A stretch of DNA of 64,000 bases, from contig CAIWHK010000022.1 of the NCBI GenBank assembly GCA_903912525.1, positions 19,734 to 83,733 on the forward strand. The letters run 5' to 3'. Under the pieces are notes generated by a model. It saw nothing but the letters and a program-made list of their open reading frames with translations. It searched no databases and was not told where the DNA came from. Positions 27,303 through 35,962 of this stretch are shown piece after piece. Each line of letters starts with the position of its first letter. Position 1 is the first letter of the stretch. This DNA comes from an uncultured bacterium (GTDB taxonomy: Bacteria > Krumholzibacteriota > Krumholzibacteriia > LZORAL124-64-63). The translations under genes were made by a program, and so were the position numbers.

Positions 27303-28823
27303 GTGCGCGACCCGTTTTTCCGCCTCACCCGCCGGCAACGCTGGCGCACCGTCGCCTGGCGCCTGCGCCGGGCCCTGGGCGCCCCGGCGCCGCGGTCGCC
27401 TGCCCGGATGCCGGAAGACGCTCCAGCACATCTGTTGCTGGTCGGCGTGGATACGCTGCGGGCCGACCACCTCGGCTGCCAGGGCTACGGCAGGGAAACA
27501 TCCCCGCGCCTGGACCACCTGGTCTCCACCGGTACGCGCTTCGCTGACGTTACGGCCCCCGCGCCGTGGACACTTCCCTCGTTCACCGGCGCACTCACCG
27601 GGTTGATGCCGGGCCTGCACGGCGCCCATCTCGGCGGCGACGCCCGCAACATGGACAAGCAGGCTCCGGGCCGCGTGCGCCCGGGCGTGGTGACGCTGGC
27701 CGCGCACTTGCAGGCGCAGGGCTACCGCACTGCCGCCTTCTACGCGAACCAGTTCTTCGCCTTCGGCCTGGCCGAGAGTTTCGGCACGCATGCCTACCAC
27801 AACCTGCCCGCTGCCGACATGCTGGCGATGGCGCACGACTGGCTGCGCAGGAACGCGGATCGCCCCTGCTTCTGCTTCGTCCTGGTGAACGATCCGCACG
27901 AGCCGACGACGCCGCCGTGGAACGACCTCGCGCCGTTCCTGCCGGCGCCTGCGCCGACGGATGCCCAGTTGGCTGATCTCGCCCGCTGGGGCGGCACCGC
28001 ATGGCCTCATCTCGGTCGCGCCGCAGATGCCGGCGCCGCCGACGTCCGGGCCGCGCTGGATGTGAAGATCGCGATTTATGACGCGACGATCCGCCAGGTC
28101 GATCGCGCGATCGGGAATCTGCAGGACGCCCTGCAGTCCTGCGGCCTGGCCGACCGCACGCTGGTGTCGGTATTCTCGGACCACGGCGAGGAGTTCCTCG
28201 ACCACGCAGCCTGGGCCGCGCAGTGGGACCACGACCCGCGCGGGCTGCGCGGCATCGGACACGGGCAGAGCCACTTCCAGGAACTGCTGCACGTGCCCTG
28301 GCTGGCGTGGGGAACGGGCGTGCCGAAGGGCGTGGTCGTCGAGGCGCCGGCCTCGCTGCTCGACCTGGCGCCGACGGTGCTCGACTGGCTGGGATTGCCG
28401 CCGCTACCGCCGGTGGCTCTGCCGGGGGACGTCCCGCCCGGGTTGGCGTCGGCCCTGGTCGGCCGGTCACTCGCCGCCGCTGCCACGCACCCCGCCCCCG
28501 CGGCAACGGACGCGCCCGCGCGCCTGCGCCTGGCCGAGGCCATTGCCTACGGCCCCGACCTCGTCGCGGTGCGACAGGGAAACTGGAAATTCATCGCCGC
28601 ACGGGACGGGCGCCCCCTGGCGCTGTTCGACCTCGCCGCCGACCCCGCCGAGCAGCACGACGCGGCCGCCGCCCATCCCGACGTGCTGGCGCGGATGACC
28701 GCCGTCGTCGAAGCCTGGCGCGCAAGCGGCGCCGGTGCCTGCGAAACCGTCCAGGGCGCCGAATGGGGCGACCTGGACGGTGTCGTGCGTGAGCGGTTGC
28801 GCGATATGGGCTATTCCGAATAG
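27303..28823 (+). CDS. sulfatase-like hydrolase/transferase (alkaline-phosphatase superfamily)
   Basis: LLLVGVDTLRADHLG metal-site motif. The nucleophile position reads TLPS rather than C/S-x-P-x-R. Also FSDHGEEF. Start is uncertain (GTG 27303 with GGAG upstream, or ATG 27408). No obvious signal peptide. Confidence 0.75.
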   Translation: MRDPFFRLTRRQRWRTVAWRLRRALGAPAPRSPARMPEDAPAHLLLVGVDTLRADHLGCQGYGRETSPRLDHLVSTGTRFADVTAPAPWTLPSFTGALTGLMPGLHGAHLGGDARNMDKQAPGRVRPGVVTLAAHLQAQGYRTAAFYANQFFAFGLAESFGTHAYHNLPAADMLAMAHDWLRRNADRPCFCFVLVNDPHEPTTPPWNDLAPFLPAPAPTDAQLADLARWGGTAWPHLGRAADAGAADVRAALDVKIAIYDATIRQVDRAIGNLQDALQSCGLADRTLVSVFSDHGEEFLDHAAWAAQWDHDPRGLRGIGHGQSHFQELLHVPWLAWGTGVPKGVVVEAPASLLDLAPTVLDWLGLPPLPPVALPGDVPPGLASALVGRSLAAAATHPAPAATDAPARLRLAEAIAYGPDLVAVRQGNWKFIAARDGRPLALFDLAADPAEQHDAAAAHPDVLARMTAVVEAWRASGAGACETVQGAEWGDLDGVVRERLRDMGYSE

Positions 28824-28850
28824 GCCTGTCCAGAACAGGAAGCCGCCGCG

Positions 28851-29933
28851 CTAGCCGGCGACATCCACCGCCAGTTCCGCCACCGTCTTCGCCAGCTTCG
28901 CGAACGCCGCCTGCGCCGCGCTGCCCGGCACACGCGCGGCCGGCAGGCCCGCGTCGCCGCCGGTGCGGATGGCCGGGTCGATGGGGATCTCGCCCAGCAA
29001 CGGCAGGCCGTACTGCGCCGCCACCTCGCCGCCGCCGCCCGTCCCGAAGATGTCGTGCTTCATGGAGCAGCCCGGGCAGATGAAGTAGCTCATGTTCTCG
29101 ACGATGCCGAGCACCGGCACCTGCGTCTCGCGGAACATGCGGATGCCGCGGCGCACGTCGGCCAGCGCCACTTCCTGCGGCGTCGTCACCATCACGATGC
29201 CCGACAGCGGCACCTGCTGGATCAGCGTCAGTTGCGCGTCGCCCGTGCCCGGCGGCATGTCCACGACCAGGATGTCGAGGTCCTTCCACTGCACGTCCTT
29301 GAGGAACTGCTTGATGGCCGAGAACACCAGCGGCCCGCGCCAGATCACCGGCTGGTCGGGCGGCAGCAGCAGGCCCATGCTGATGACCTGCAGGCCCATC
29401 GCCATCACGGGGAAGATCTTGCGGTCGGCCGTGACCTCGGGCTGCTCGTGGATGCCGAGCATCGTCGGCACGCTCGGGCCGTAGACGTCGGCGTCGAGCA
29501 GGCCCACGCGGTGGCCGGCGTCTGCCAGCGCGAGAGCCAGGTTGACGGCCACCGACGACTTGCCGACGCCGCCCTTGGCGCTGGCGACGGCGATGACCTT
29601 GCCCACGCCGGGCAACTTGGCGCGGTCGGCGAACGGATCCGGAGACTGGCCGTGGGGCCCGCGCGGCGCCTGCTTCGGCGGCGTGCGGTCGTCGACCGGC
29701 ACCTCGACCGACTGCACGCCCGGCAGCGCGGAGACAACCCGCAGCACATCCTGCCGGACCTGCGCGATCGTCTCCTCCTTCTCACTGGTGCGCACTACCG
29801 TCACGGTGACCTGGCCGCCGGTGACGACGATTTCGCCGATCAGGTTGATCGACACGACATCGACACGCGTACCGGGCACCTTCACCTCGCGCAGCGCCGT
29901 CATGATGGATTCGGGAGTCAAGGGCTGGGACAT
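28851..29933 (-). CDS. apbC: Mrp/ApbC/NBP35-family Fe-S cluster carrier ATPase with N-terminal DUF59-like domain
   Basis: Deviant Walker A SAKGGVGKSS, DADVYGPS, CPGC cluster-binding motif. RBS GAGG before the ATG at 29933. Confidence 0.9.
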   Translation of the reverse strand: MSQPLTPESIMTALREVKVPGTRVDVVSINLIGEIVVTGGQVTVTVVRTSEKEETIAQVRQDVLRVVSALPGVQSVEVPVDDRTPPKQAPRGPHGQSPDPFADRAKLPGVGKVIAVASAKGGVGKSSVAVNLALALADAGHRVGLLDADVYGPSVPTMLGIHEQPEVTADRKIFPVMAMGLQVISMGLLLPPDQPVIWRGPLVFSAIKQFLKDVQWKDLDILVVDMPPGTGDAQLTLIQQVPLSGIVMVTTPQEVALADVRRGIRMFRETQVPVLGIVENMSYFICPGCSMKHDIFGTGGGGEVAAQYGLPLLGEIPIDPAIRTGGDAGLPAARVPGSAAQAAFAKLAKTVAELAVDVAG

Positions 29934-30059
29934 GCTCGTCACCTCGATGGGCGCGCGAAGCGCCGTCAGGCCGGAGGGATGGTCCGCGTTCGGGAGCGGC
30001 GCGAAGGGCCGGTCGGGCATCTGTCCGACCGGCCCCGGAAACCTTGCGCGCGATCGCGG

Positions 30060-30401
30060 CTACTGAGTGAACGAGGCCAGCGCCTCTTCGCACGTGCCGT
30101 ACGTGTCGAAGACCAGCTTGAGCTGGGTCACGTTCAGGATGTTGTCAATGCGGTCGCTGACACTGCAGATCTTCAGGCGGCCGCCGTTCTTCTTCAGCGT
30201 ATGGAAACCGGACACGAGGATGCCCAGGCCCGTCGAATTTACCCACGTCACCTTGCTCAGGTCCAGGAGCACGTCGACATGGCCATCGGCGATCAACGTC
30301 TTGATCTCGCCCAGGAAGCGCTCGTGATCGGGGCCTCCCATGATCTTGCCGGCGAGCGCCAGCACCACGACGTCGCCCTGGACAGTCTGCTTGATGTTCA
30401 A
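30060..30401 (-). CDS. STAS-domain anti-sigma-factor antagonist (SpoIIAA-like), copy A
   Basis: 113 aa with VNSTGLG phosphorylatable-Ser context. TTG start preceded by GAGGAGGG. Confidence 0.8.
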   Translation of the reverse strand: MNIKQTVQGDVVVLALAGKIMGGPDHERFLGEIKTLIADGHVDVLLDLSKVTWVNSTGLGILVSGFHTLKKNGGRLKICSVSDRIDNILNVTQLKLVFDTYGTCEEALASFTQ

Positions 30402-30568
30402 GTCACCCTCCTCGGTGTACCGGTCCGTCGACTACCGAACCACAGTATGATAAGGCCCGGCCGGGCGCATCACCAAACTGGAATCAAGGCCCGCCCCGGC
30501 CACCGGGGGTCCCGGGGGAGCGGTCCGGGCGGCCCTTCCCGGGTGGGCGGCCGCAGGCCCGGCGACGG

Positions 30569-30910
30569 CTAGGCCGGGAACGAGGCCAGCGCCTGCTCGC
30601 TCGTCTCGTAGGTGTCGAAGACCATCTTCAGCTTGGTCATTTCCAGTACGATGTCGACCCGGTCGGGGACGCAGCACACGGCCATGCGGCCGGCGCTCTT
30701 CTTCAGCGTCGACATGCCGGCGACCAGGCTGCCGAGGCCGGTCGAGTCCACGAAGGTCACCTTTTCCATGTCCAGGATCATGTCGACGTGCCCGTCGGCG
30801 ATCAGGGACTTGATCTCGGCCGTGAACTGCTCGTGGTCGATGCCGCCGATGAACTTGCCGGTCATCGCCAGCACCATCACATCGCCCTGCATCATGCGTT
30901 TGATGTGCAT
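30569..30910 (-). CDS. STAS-domain anti-sigma-factor antagonist (SpoIIAA-like), copy B
   Basis: 113 aa, about 63% identical to copy A by manual alignment. VDSTGLG motif. RBS GGGAGGGG. Confidence 0.8.
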   Translation of the reverse strand: MHIKRMMQGDVMVLAMTGKFIGGIDHEQFTAEIKSLIADGHVDMILDMEKVTFVDSTGLGSLVAGMSTLKKSAGRMAVCCVPDRVDIVLEMTKLKMVFDTYETSEQALASFPA

Positions 30911-31023
30911 GCCGCCCCTCCCGTGTGTGCACGTTTCGTGACGTTCCCGTCACTCTATGATAGTGTGCGATCGACCGTTCGTCCCGGTCGATTTGTCACC
31001 GCCGGGCACGACGCCACCGGAGG

Positions 31024-31917
31024 TTGCCCGTGTCCGCCGTCCGCCCCGCCGTCCTTGCCGGCACCTGGTACCCCGCCGAGCCGGCGGTCCTGGCGCGCCT
31101 GGCCGACGACTTCCTGGGCGGGGCGAGCCCGGCCGCGCCTCCGTCCGGCCGCCCCCTGGTCGCCCTGGCCCCCCACGCCGGCTACGCCTGGAGCGGGTCG
31201 GTGGCCGGGAAGCTGTTCGGCCTCCTGCGCGGCAGCGGCGTCCGCCGCCTCGTGATCCTGGCGCCCAGCCACCGGGCGCGGCTGGACCGGCCGACCCTCA
31301 GCGGCGCGACGGCCTTCGCGACGCCGCTCGGCCAGGTGCCGATCGACGTCGCGGCGGTAGCGCGGCTCGCGGCCGGCGGCGCCTTCGCGATCGACGACCG
31401 CGCCCATCGCGACGAACATGCGATCGAGATCCAGCTCCCCCTGGTCCAGCGGTGCTGGCCCGGCTCCTGCCCGGCCATCGTCCCGGCCCTGGTGCCGCAT
31501 CTGGACGACCGCCGGCGCGCGGCGGCCGCGGCGGCGCTGGCGGCGGAACTGGACGAGAACACGCTGCTGCTCGTCTCGACCGACCTGACACACTACGGCG
31601 CGGATTACGGCTACGTTCCGTTCACCGCAGACATCCCGGCGGCCATCGAGCGGCTCGACGCCGGCGCCCTGTTGCGGGTGCTGGCCGCCGACGGTCCCGG
31701 ACTTCTGGCGTACGGCCGCACGACGGGGATCACGATGTGCGGCCTCGAGGCCGCGGCGCTGGCGCTGGCCTGCGGGGTGCCGCCGGGGCACCAGGCGGCG
31801 CTGCTTGATTACGCGCGCAGCGGCGACCACGACGGAGACTACACGCGGTCTGTGAGCTACGCCGCCGCCGTCCTGACCAGCGGACCGGGCGCCGGGACAG
31901 GTGAAGGCACGAAATGA
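31024..31917 (+). CDS. amrB: AmmeMemoRadiSam system protein B (MEMO1 family)
   Basis: AGTWYP, APHAGY.WSG, APSH, EHAIEIQLP motifs. GTG start 6 nt after GGAGG. Confidence 0.85.
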   Translation: MPVSAVRPAVLAGTWYPAEPAVLARLADDFLGGASPAAPPSGRPLVALAPHAGYAWSGSVAGKLFGLLRGSGVRRLVILAPSHRARLDRPTLSGATAFATPLGQVPIDVAAVARLAAGGAFAIDDRAHRDEHAIEIQLPLVQRCWPGSCPAIVPALVPHLDDRRRAAAAAALAAELDENTLLLVSTDLTHYGADYGYVPFTADIPAAIERLDAGALLRVLAADGPGLLAYGRTTGITMCGLEAAALALACGVPPGHQAALLDYARSGDHDGDYTRSVSYAAAVLTSGPGAGTGEGTK

Positions 31918-32489
31918 ACAACGACGGCACGCCGCCATTGACCACCGCCGAGCGTACCTTCCTGCGCGAGGTCGCCGTGCGTTCGGTGGCCGCAGCCGCG
32001 CACGGCGAGCGGGCGCCCGACCCCGTTGCCATCGCCGACGAACTCGGCGTGCCGCTGACCGGCCGGCTGGCCGAAACGGGCGGCGCATTCGTGACGCTGC
32101 ACGAAGGCGAGGACCTGCGCGGATGCATCGGCACGATCGTCGGCCACGAGCCCCTTGCCCTGGCGGTGGCCGCCAACGGCGTCGCGGCGGCGGCCCATGA
32201 CCCCCGGTTCGCGCCCGTCTCACCTGATGAACTATCAAATATCACAATTGAGGTTTCGGTCCTGACACCCCTGCGCGAGGTGGCCGGGCCGAACGATGTC
32301 ACGGTCGGTCGTCACGGTATCCTGTTGGAAAAGAACGGTCGTCACGCCGTCTTTCTGCCGCAGGTGGCGCCGGAGCAGGGCTGGGACCTCGCCACCACCC
32401 TGGCCCACCTGTGCCGAAAGGCAGGCCTGCCGAACGACGCCTGGCGACAGGGGGCGCGGTTGCACGTGTTCGAGGCGGAAGTTTTCTAG
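31914..32489 (+). CDS. amrA: AmmeMemoRadiSam system protein A (AMMECR1 family)
   Basis: GAFVTLH...LRGCIGT...DPRF...GRHGILL...AVFLPQV motifs. ATG overlaps the amrB stop (ATGA). Confidence 0.88.
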   Translation: MNNDGTPPLTTAERTFLREVAVRSVAAAAHGERAPDPVAIADELGVPLTGRLAETGGAFVTLHEGEDLRGCIGTIVGHEPLALAVAANGVAAAAHDPRFAPVSPDELSNITIEVSVLTPLREVAGPNDVTVGRHGILLEKNGRHAVFLPQVAPEQGWDLATTLAHLCRKAGLPNDAWRQGARLHVFEAEVF

Positions 32490-32623
32490 TTGTGACACAA
32501 CCGGCGGACGGCTATTTTCGGCGTTCGTGTGTCAAGATGGCGGGGTAAACCCTTTACCCTCGCTCGATTCTGTTTGCCTGAGACGTCGCCAGGGATGGCG
32601 CGTCCCGAGGAAGGCGGTTCCGA

Positions 32624-33811
32624 ATGGGCCTGCTCGACAAAGTCGGGAAGTTCCAGTTGGCCAGACAGCTGATGGCTGCTGACCTGTACAACTACTTCCG
32701 CGTGATCGAGTCCGCCCAGGAGAATACCGTCCGGTACAAGGGCAAAGAGATCATCATGCTCGGCTCCAACAACTACCTGGGGCTGACCAACCACCCCAAG
32801 GTGAAGGAAGCCGCGCGCGCCGCCATCTCCAAGTACGGCACCGGCTGCGCCGGCTCGCGCTTCCTGAACGGGACCCTGGACATCCACATCGAGCTCGAGG
32901 AGAAGCTGGCCCGGCTGGTCGGCAAGCCGAAGGCGCTCGTTTTCTCCACGGGTTTCATGGTCAACCAGGGCGTGCTCAGTTCGCTGGTGCAGCGCAACGA
33001 GTCGATCATCGTCGACCGCACCGACCATGCGTCGATCATCGACGGCGCGCGGCTCTCGTTTGCCGACGTGCGCAAGTACAAGCACAACGACATGGACAAC
33101 CTCGAACTGGTGCTGCAGAACGAGCGCGAGCGGAACAAGCTGATCGTCATCGACGGCGTGTTCTCGATGGAGGGCGACATCGCCCGCCTGCCCGAGATCA
33201 TCGAACTGGCCGAGAAGTACGATGCCGTCGTCATGGTCGACGACGCGCACGGCGTCGGCGTGCTGGGCGACCACGGCCGCGGCACCTGCAACCACTTCGG
33301 CCTGACCGACCGCACGCACCTGATCATGGGCACGTTCAGCAAGTCGCTGGCATCGGTCGGCGGCTTCATCGCCGCGGACGAGGACACGATCCATTTCATC
33401 CAGCACCAGGCGCGCTCGCTGATCTTCTCGGCCTCGATGCCCCCGGGCTCGGTCGCCTCGGTTTCGGCCGCGGTCGACGTGATGCTGGAGGAGACGTGGC
33501 GGCACGAGGCGCTGTGGCGGAACAACGACATCATGCGCCAGCGCCTGGACGCTGCCGGCTTCAACACCGGCCCCAGTGAAACCCCGATCATCCCGGCGAT
33601 CGTCGGCGAGGACATGACCGCGTTCATCTTCTGCCGGCGACTGATCGACGAGGGCGTGTTCGTGAACCCCGTCGTGTCCCCCGCAGTCGAAGCCGGCAAT
33701 GCCCTGATCCGCCTGAGCCTGATGGCCACGCACACCGAGGACGAGATCAACAAGGCGATGGACATCATGGAGCGCGTCGCGCGCGAGATGGAAATCATCC
33801 CGGGCCGCTGA
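32624..33811 (+). CDS. PLP-dependent alpha-oxoamine synthase, serine-palmitoyltransferase-like
   Basis: SNNYLGL, GSRFLNG, DDAHG, GTFSKSLASVGG (PLP lysine). Cannot be separated from BioF/Kbl by eye; the Spt call rests on operon context. Confidence 0.8.
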   Translation: MGLLDKVGKFQLARQLMAADLYNYFRVIESAQENTVRYKGKEIIMLGSNNYLGLTNHPKVKEAARAAISKYGTGCAGSRFLNGTLDIHIELEEKLARLVGKPKALVFSTGFMVNQGVLSSLVQRNESIIVDRTDHASIIDGARLSFADVRKYKHNDMDNLELVLQNERERNKLIVIDGVFSMEGDIARLPEIIELAEKYDAVVMVDDAHGVGVLGDHGRGTCNHFGLTDRTHLIMGTFSKSLASVGGFIAADEDTIHFIQHQARSLIFSASMPPGSVASVSAAVDVMLEETWRHEALWRNNDIMRQRLDAAGFNTGPSETPIIPAIVGEDMTAFIFCRRLIDEGVFVNPVVSPAVEAGNALIRLSLMATHTEDEINKAMDIMERVAREMEIIPGR

Positions 33812-33842
33812 CCCGGCCCGAGACTCGACCGAGGAGGACGGC

Positions 33843-34967
33843 ATGGCCGTGAACATCATCCCGGTCGGCGACGACCGGAAATTGCTGGACCGTTTCCAGA
33901 AGCTGCCCTATGCGGTCTACGGCGACGACCCGCACGTGGTGTTCCCCCTGCTCGACGAGCAGAAGAAGTTCTTCAATCGCTCGCACAACCCGTTCTTCTC
34001 GCACGCCGTCGCCGAGATGTGGCTGGCCGTGCGCGACGGGCGTGATGTCGGCCGCATCAGCGCCTGTGTCGACCGCACGAACAACGAGCACCACAAGGAA
34101 CAGGTCGGTTTCTACGGCTTCTACGAATCGTTCGATGACGCCGAAGCCGCCGCCGCGCTTCTGCAGGCCGCCGCCGACTGGATCCGCGCGCAAGGCATGG
34201 ACACGATGCGCGGGCCCGGTTGCTTCACATCGAACCATGACTGGTACGGACTGCAGGTCGGTGGTCGCTTCGACCGCCCGATGATCGGCATGCCCTACAA
34301 CCCGCGCTACTACGAGAAGCACTTCGCCGACTTCGGGCTGACCGGCGCCCAGGACCTCTACGCCTGGTGGATGGAAACCGGCGGCAAGCTGCCGGAGAAG
34401 ATGCAGGAACTGATCGACCGCGTGCTGGCAAGGCCCGGCCTGACGATCCGGCCGATGGACATGAAGAACTTCCTGCCGGAGGCCTCGCTGGTCCGCGAGT
34501 TGTACAACCAGTGCTGGAGCGCGAACTGGGGTTTCATCCCCCTGAGCGACGCCGAGTTCGCCTACATGGCCAAGGACATGAAGTCCATGGTCGACGCCGA
34601 CTTCCTGCTGATCGCCGAGATGGACGGCAAGCCGGTGGGCTTTGCGCTGACCATCCCCGACTTCAACCAGGCCACGCAGCCCCTCAAGGGACGCCTGCTC
34701 CCGTTCGGCTGGCTGAAGTTCCTGCTCGGCAAGCGGAAGATCCGCTCGGCGCGCTGCATCCTGATGGGCGTGCTGCCGGACTACCGGAAGATGGGTATCG
34801 ACATGGGCATGGTCTACAAGACCATGATGGCCGCCTTCGACAAGGGCATCACCCATGGCGAGTGCTCGTGGATCCTGGCGGACAACCGCGCGATGAACCG
34901 CATCCTCGAAGGCTACGGGGCCGACTGCTACAAGACCTACCGCGTCTACGAGAAGAAGCTGGCATGA
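33843..34967 (+). CDS. GNAT-fold N-acyltransferase-like protein (candidate bacterial ceramide synthase, bCerS-like)
   Basis: 374 aa, two-lobed GNAT-like pattern (C-terminal GVLPDYRKMGI). Sits between Spt-like and SDR genes. Functional call is contextual. Confidence 0.55.
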   Translation: MAVNIIPVGDDRKLLDRFQKLPYAVYGDDPHVVFPLLDEQKKFFNRSHNPFFSHAVAEMWLAVRDGRDVGRISACVDRTNNEHHKEQVGFYGFYESFDDAEAAAALLQAAADWIRAQGMDTMRGPGCFTSNHDWYGLQVGGRFDRPMIGMPYNPRYYEKHFADFGLTGAQDLYAWWMETGGKLPEKMQELIDRVLARPGLTIRPMDMKNFLPEASLVRELYNQCWSANWGFIPLSDAEFAYMAKDMKSMVDADFLLIAEMDGKPVGFALTIPDFNQATQPLKGRLLPFGWLKFLLGKRKIRSARCILMGVLPDYRKMGIDMGMVYKTMMAAFDKGITHGECSWILADNRAMNRILEGYGADCYKTYRVYEKKLA

Positions 34968-35962
34968 CCGCAGGCGGCGGCGAGGGCCGGTTGGTCGTCC
35001 TGACGGGGGCCACCGGGTTCCTGGGCAGCCATCTGGCCGAGGCTCTGCTGGACGATGGCTGGCGCGTGCGCGCCACCTGCCGTCCTGCAGGCGACCGCCA
35101 GTGGCTGGCGGATCGCCCCGTCGAGTGGCGGGTCAGCGACCTGACCAGCGCCGACGACTGCCGGGAACTGCTGCGCGGGGCGCACACGGTGGTGCACTGC
35201 GCCGGCGTGGTGGCGGCGCTCGACGAGCTGGCCTACACCCGCGGCAATGTCGACACGACGGCGGCGCTGCTGAAGGCGGGCGCCTACTCCCTGCCCGGCG
35301 ACGGCGCCTTCGTGCTGGTCTCGAGCCTGGCGGCGCACGGTCCCGCCGGGCTGGACAAGCCCGCCGTCGAGGACGATCCCTGCCGGCCCATCACTCCCTA
35401 CGGGCGCAGCAAGCTGGCCGCCGAGCATCTGGTCACCGGCCAGGCCTGGCCCTTCCGCACGGCTGCCGTCAGGCCGCCCGCGCTGAGCGGGCCGCGCGAC
35501 CGCGGCTTCCTGCCGCTGCTGCATTTCGCCTACCGGGGCTGGACGGCGCGTTTGGGCAAGCGGATGAGCGGCATCTCGCTGGTGGACGGCCGCGATGCCG
35601 CTGCCGCAGTGGCCGCGGTGACGCGGACACCCAGTGCCAGCGGCGTCTACTTCGTGGACGACGGCCGTGCCGGCTACACCTGGGAAGACCTCAGGCAGGC
35701 CCTGGAGAAGGCCGTCGAGCGCAAGGTGCGCCAGGTGGATGTGCCGCTCGGCGCGCTGCGCCTGGCCGGCCGCCTGCGCGGCGGCTGGAAGCCGGGCCAG
35801 CCCTCGGTCCTGGGCCCGGACCGCCTGGCCGACCTGGACACCGACGGCTGGGCCTGCGACGGGAGTCGCCTGGTCGCGGCGACGGGCTTCGTCGCGCGGC
35901 GCGACGCCGCCGCCAGCTTCACCGACGCGCTGCTGTTCTACCGGAAGGCGGGCTGGCTGTGA
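34964..35962 (+). CDS. NAD(P)-dependent epimerase/dehydratase-family SDR (candidate ceramide/ketosphinganine reductase, CerR-like)
   Basis: GATGFLGSH Rossmann motif, YGRSK (YxxxK). ATG overlaps the upstream stop (ATGA). Confidence 0.7.
   Translation: MTAGGGEGRLVVLTGATGFLGSHLAEALLDDGWRVRATCRPAGDRQWLADRPVEWRVSDLTSADDCRELLRGAHTVVHCAGVVAALDELAYTRGNVDTTAALLKAGAYSLPGDGAFVLVSSLAAHGPAGLDKPAVEDDPCRPITPYGRSKLAAEHLVTGQAWPFRTAAVRPPALSGPRDRGFLPLLHFAYRGWTARLGKRMSGISLVDGRDAAAAVAAVTRTPSASGVYFVDDGRAGYTWEDLRQALEKAVERKVRQVDVPLGALRLAGRLRGGWKPGQPSVLGPDRLADLDTDGWACDGSRLVAATGFVARRDAAASFTDALLFYRKAGWL

Noticed and set aside
32220-32267. Patch of A/T-ending codons (tca cct gat gaa cta tca aat atc aca att gag gtt) inside amrA, in a genome where third positions are almost always G/C
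   Set aside because: It is only about 16 codons and falls in a conserved AMMECR1 segment. That is too short to distinguish an embedded signal or recombination patch from chance.
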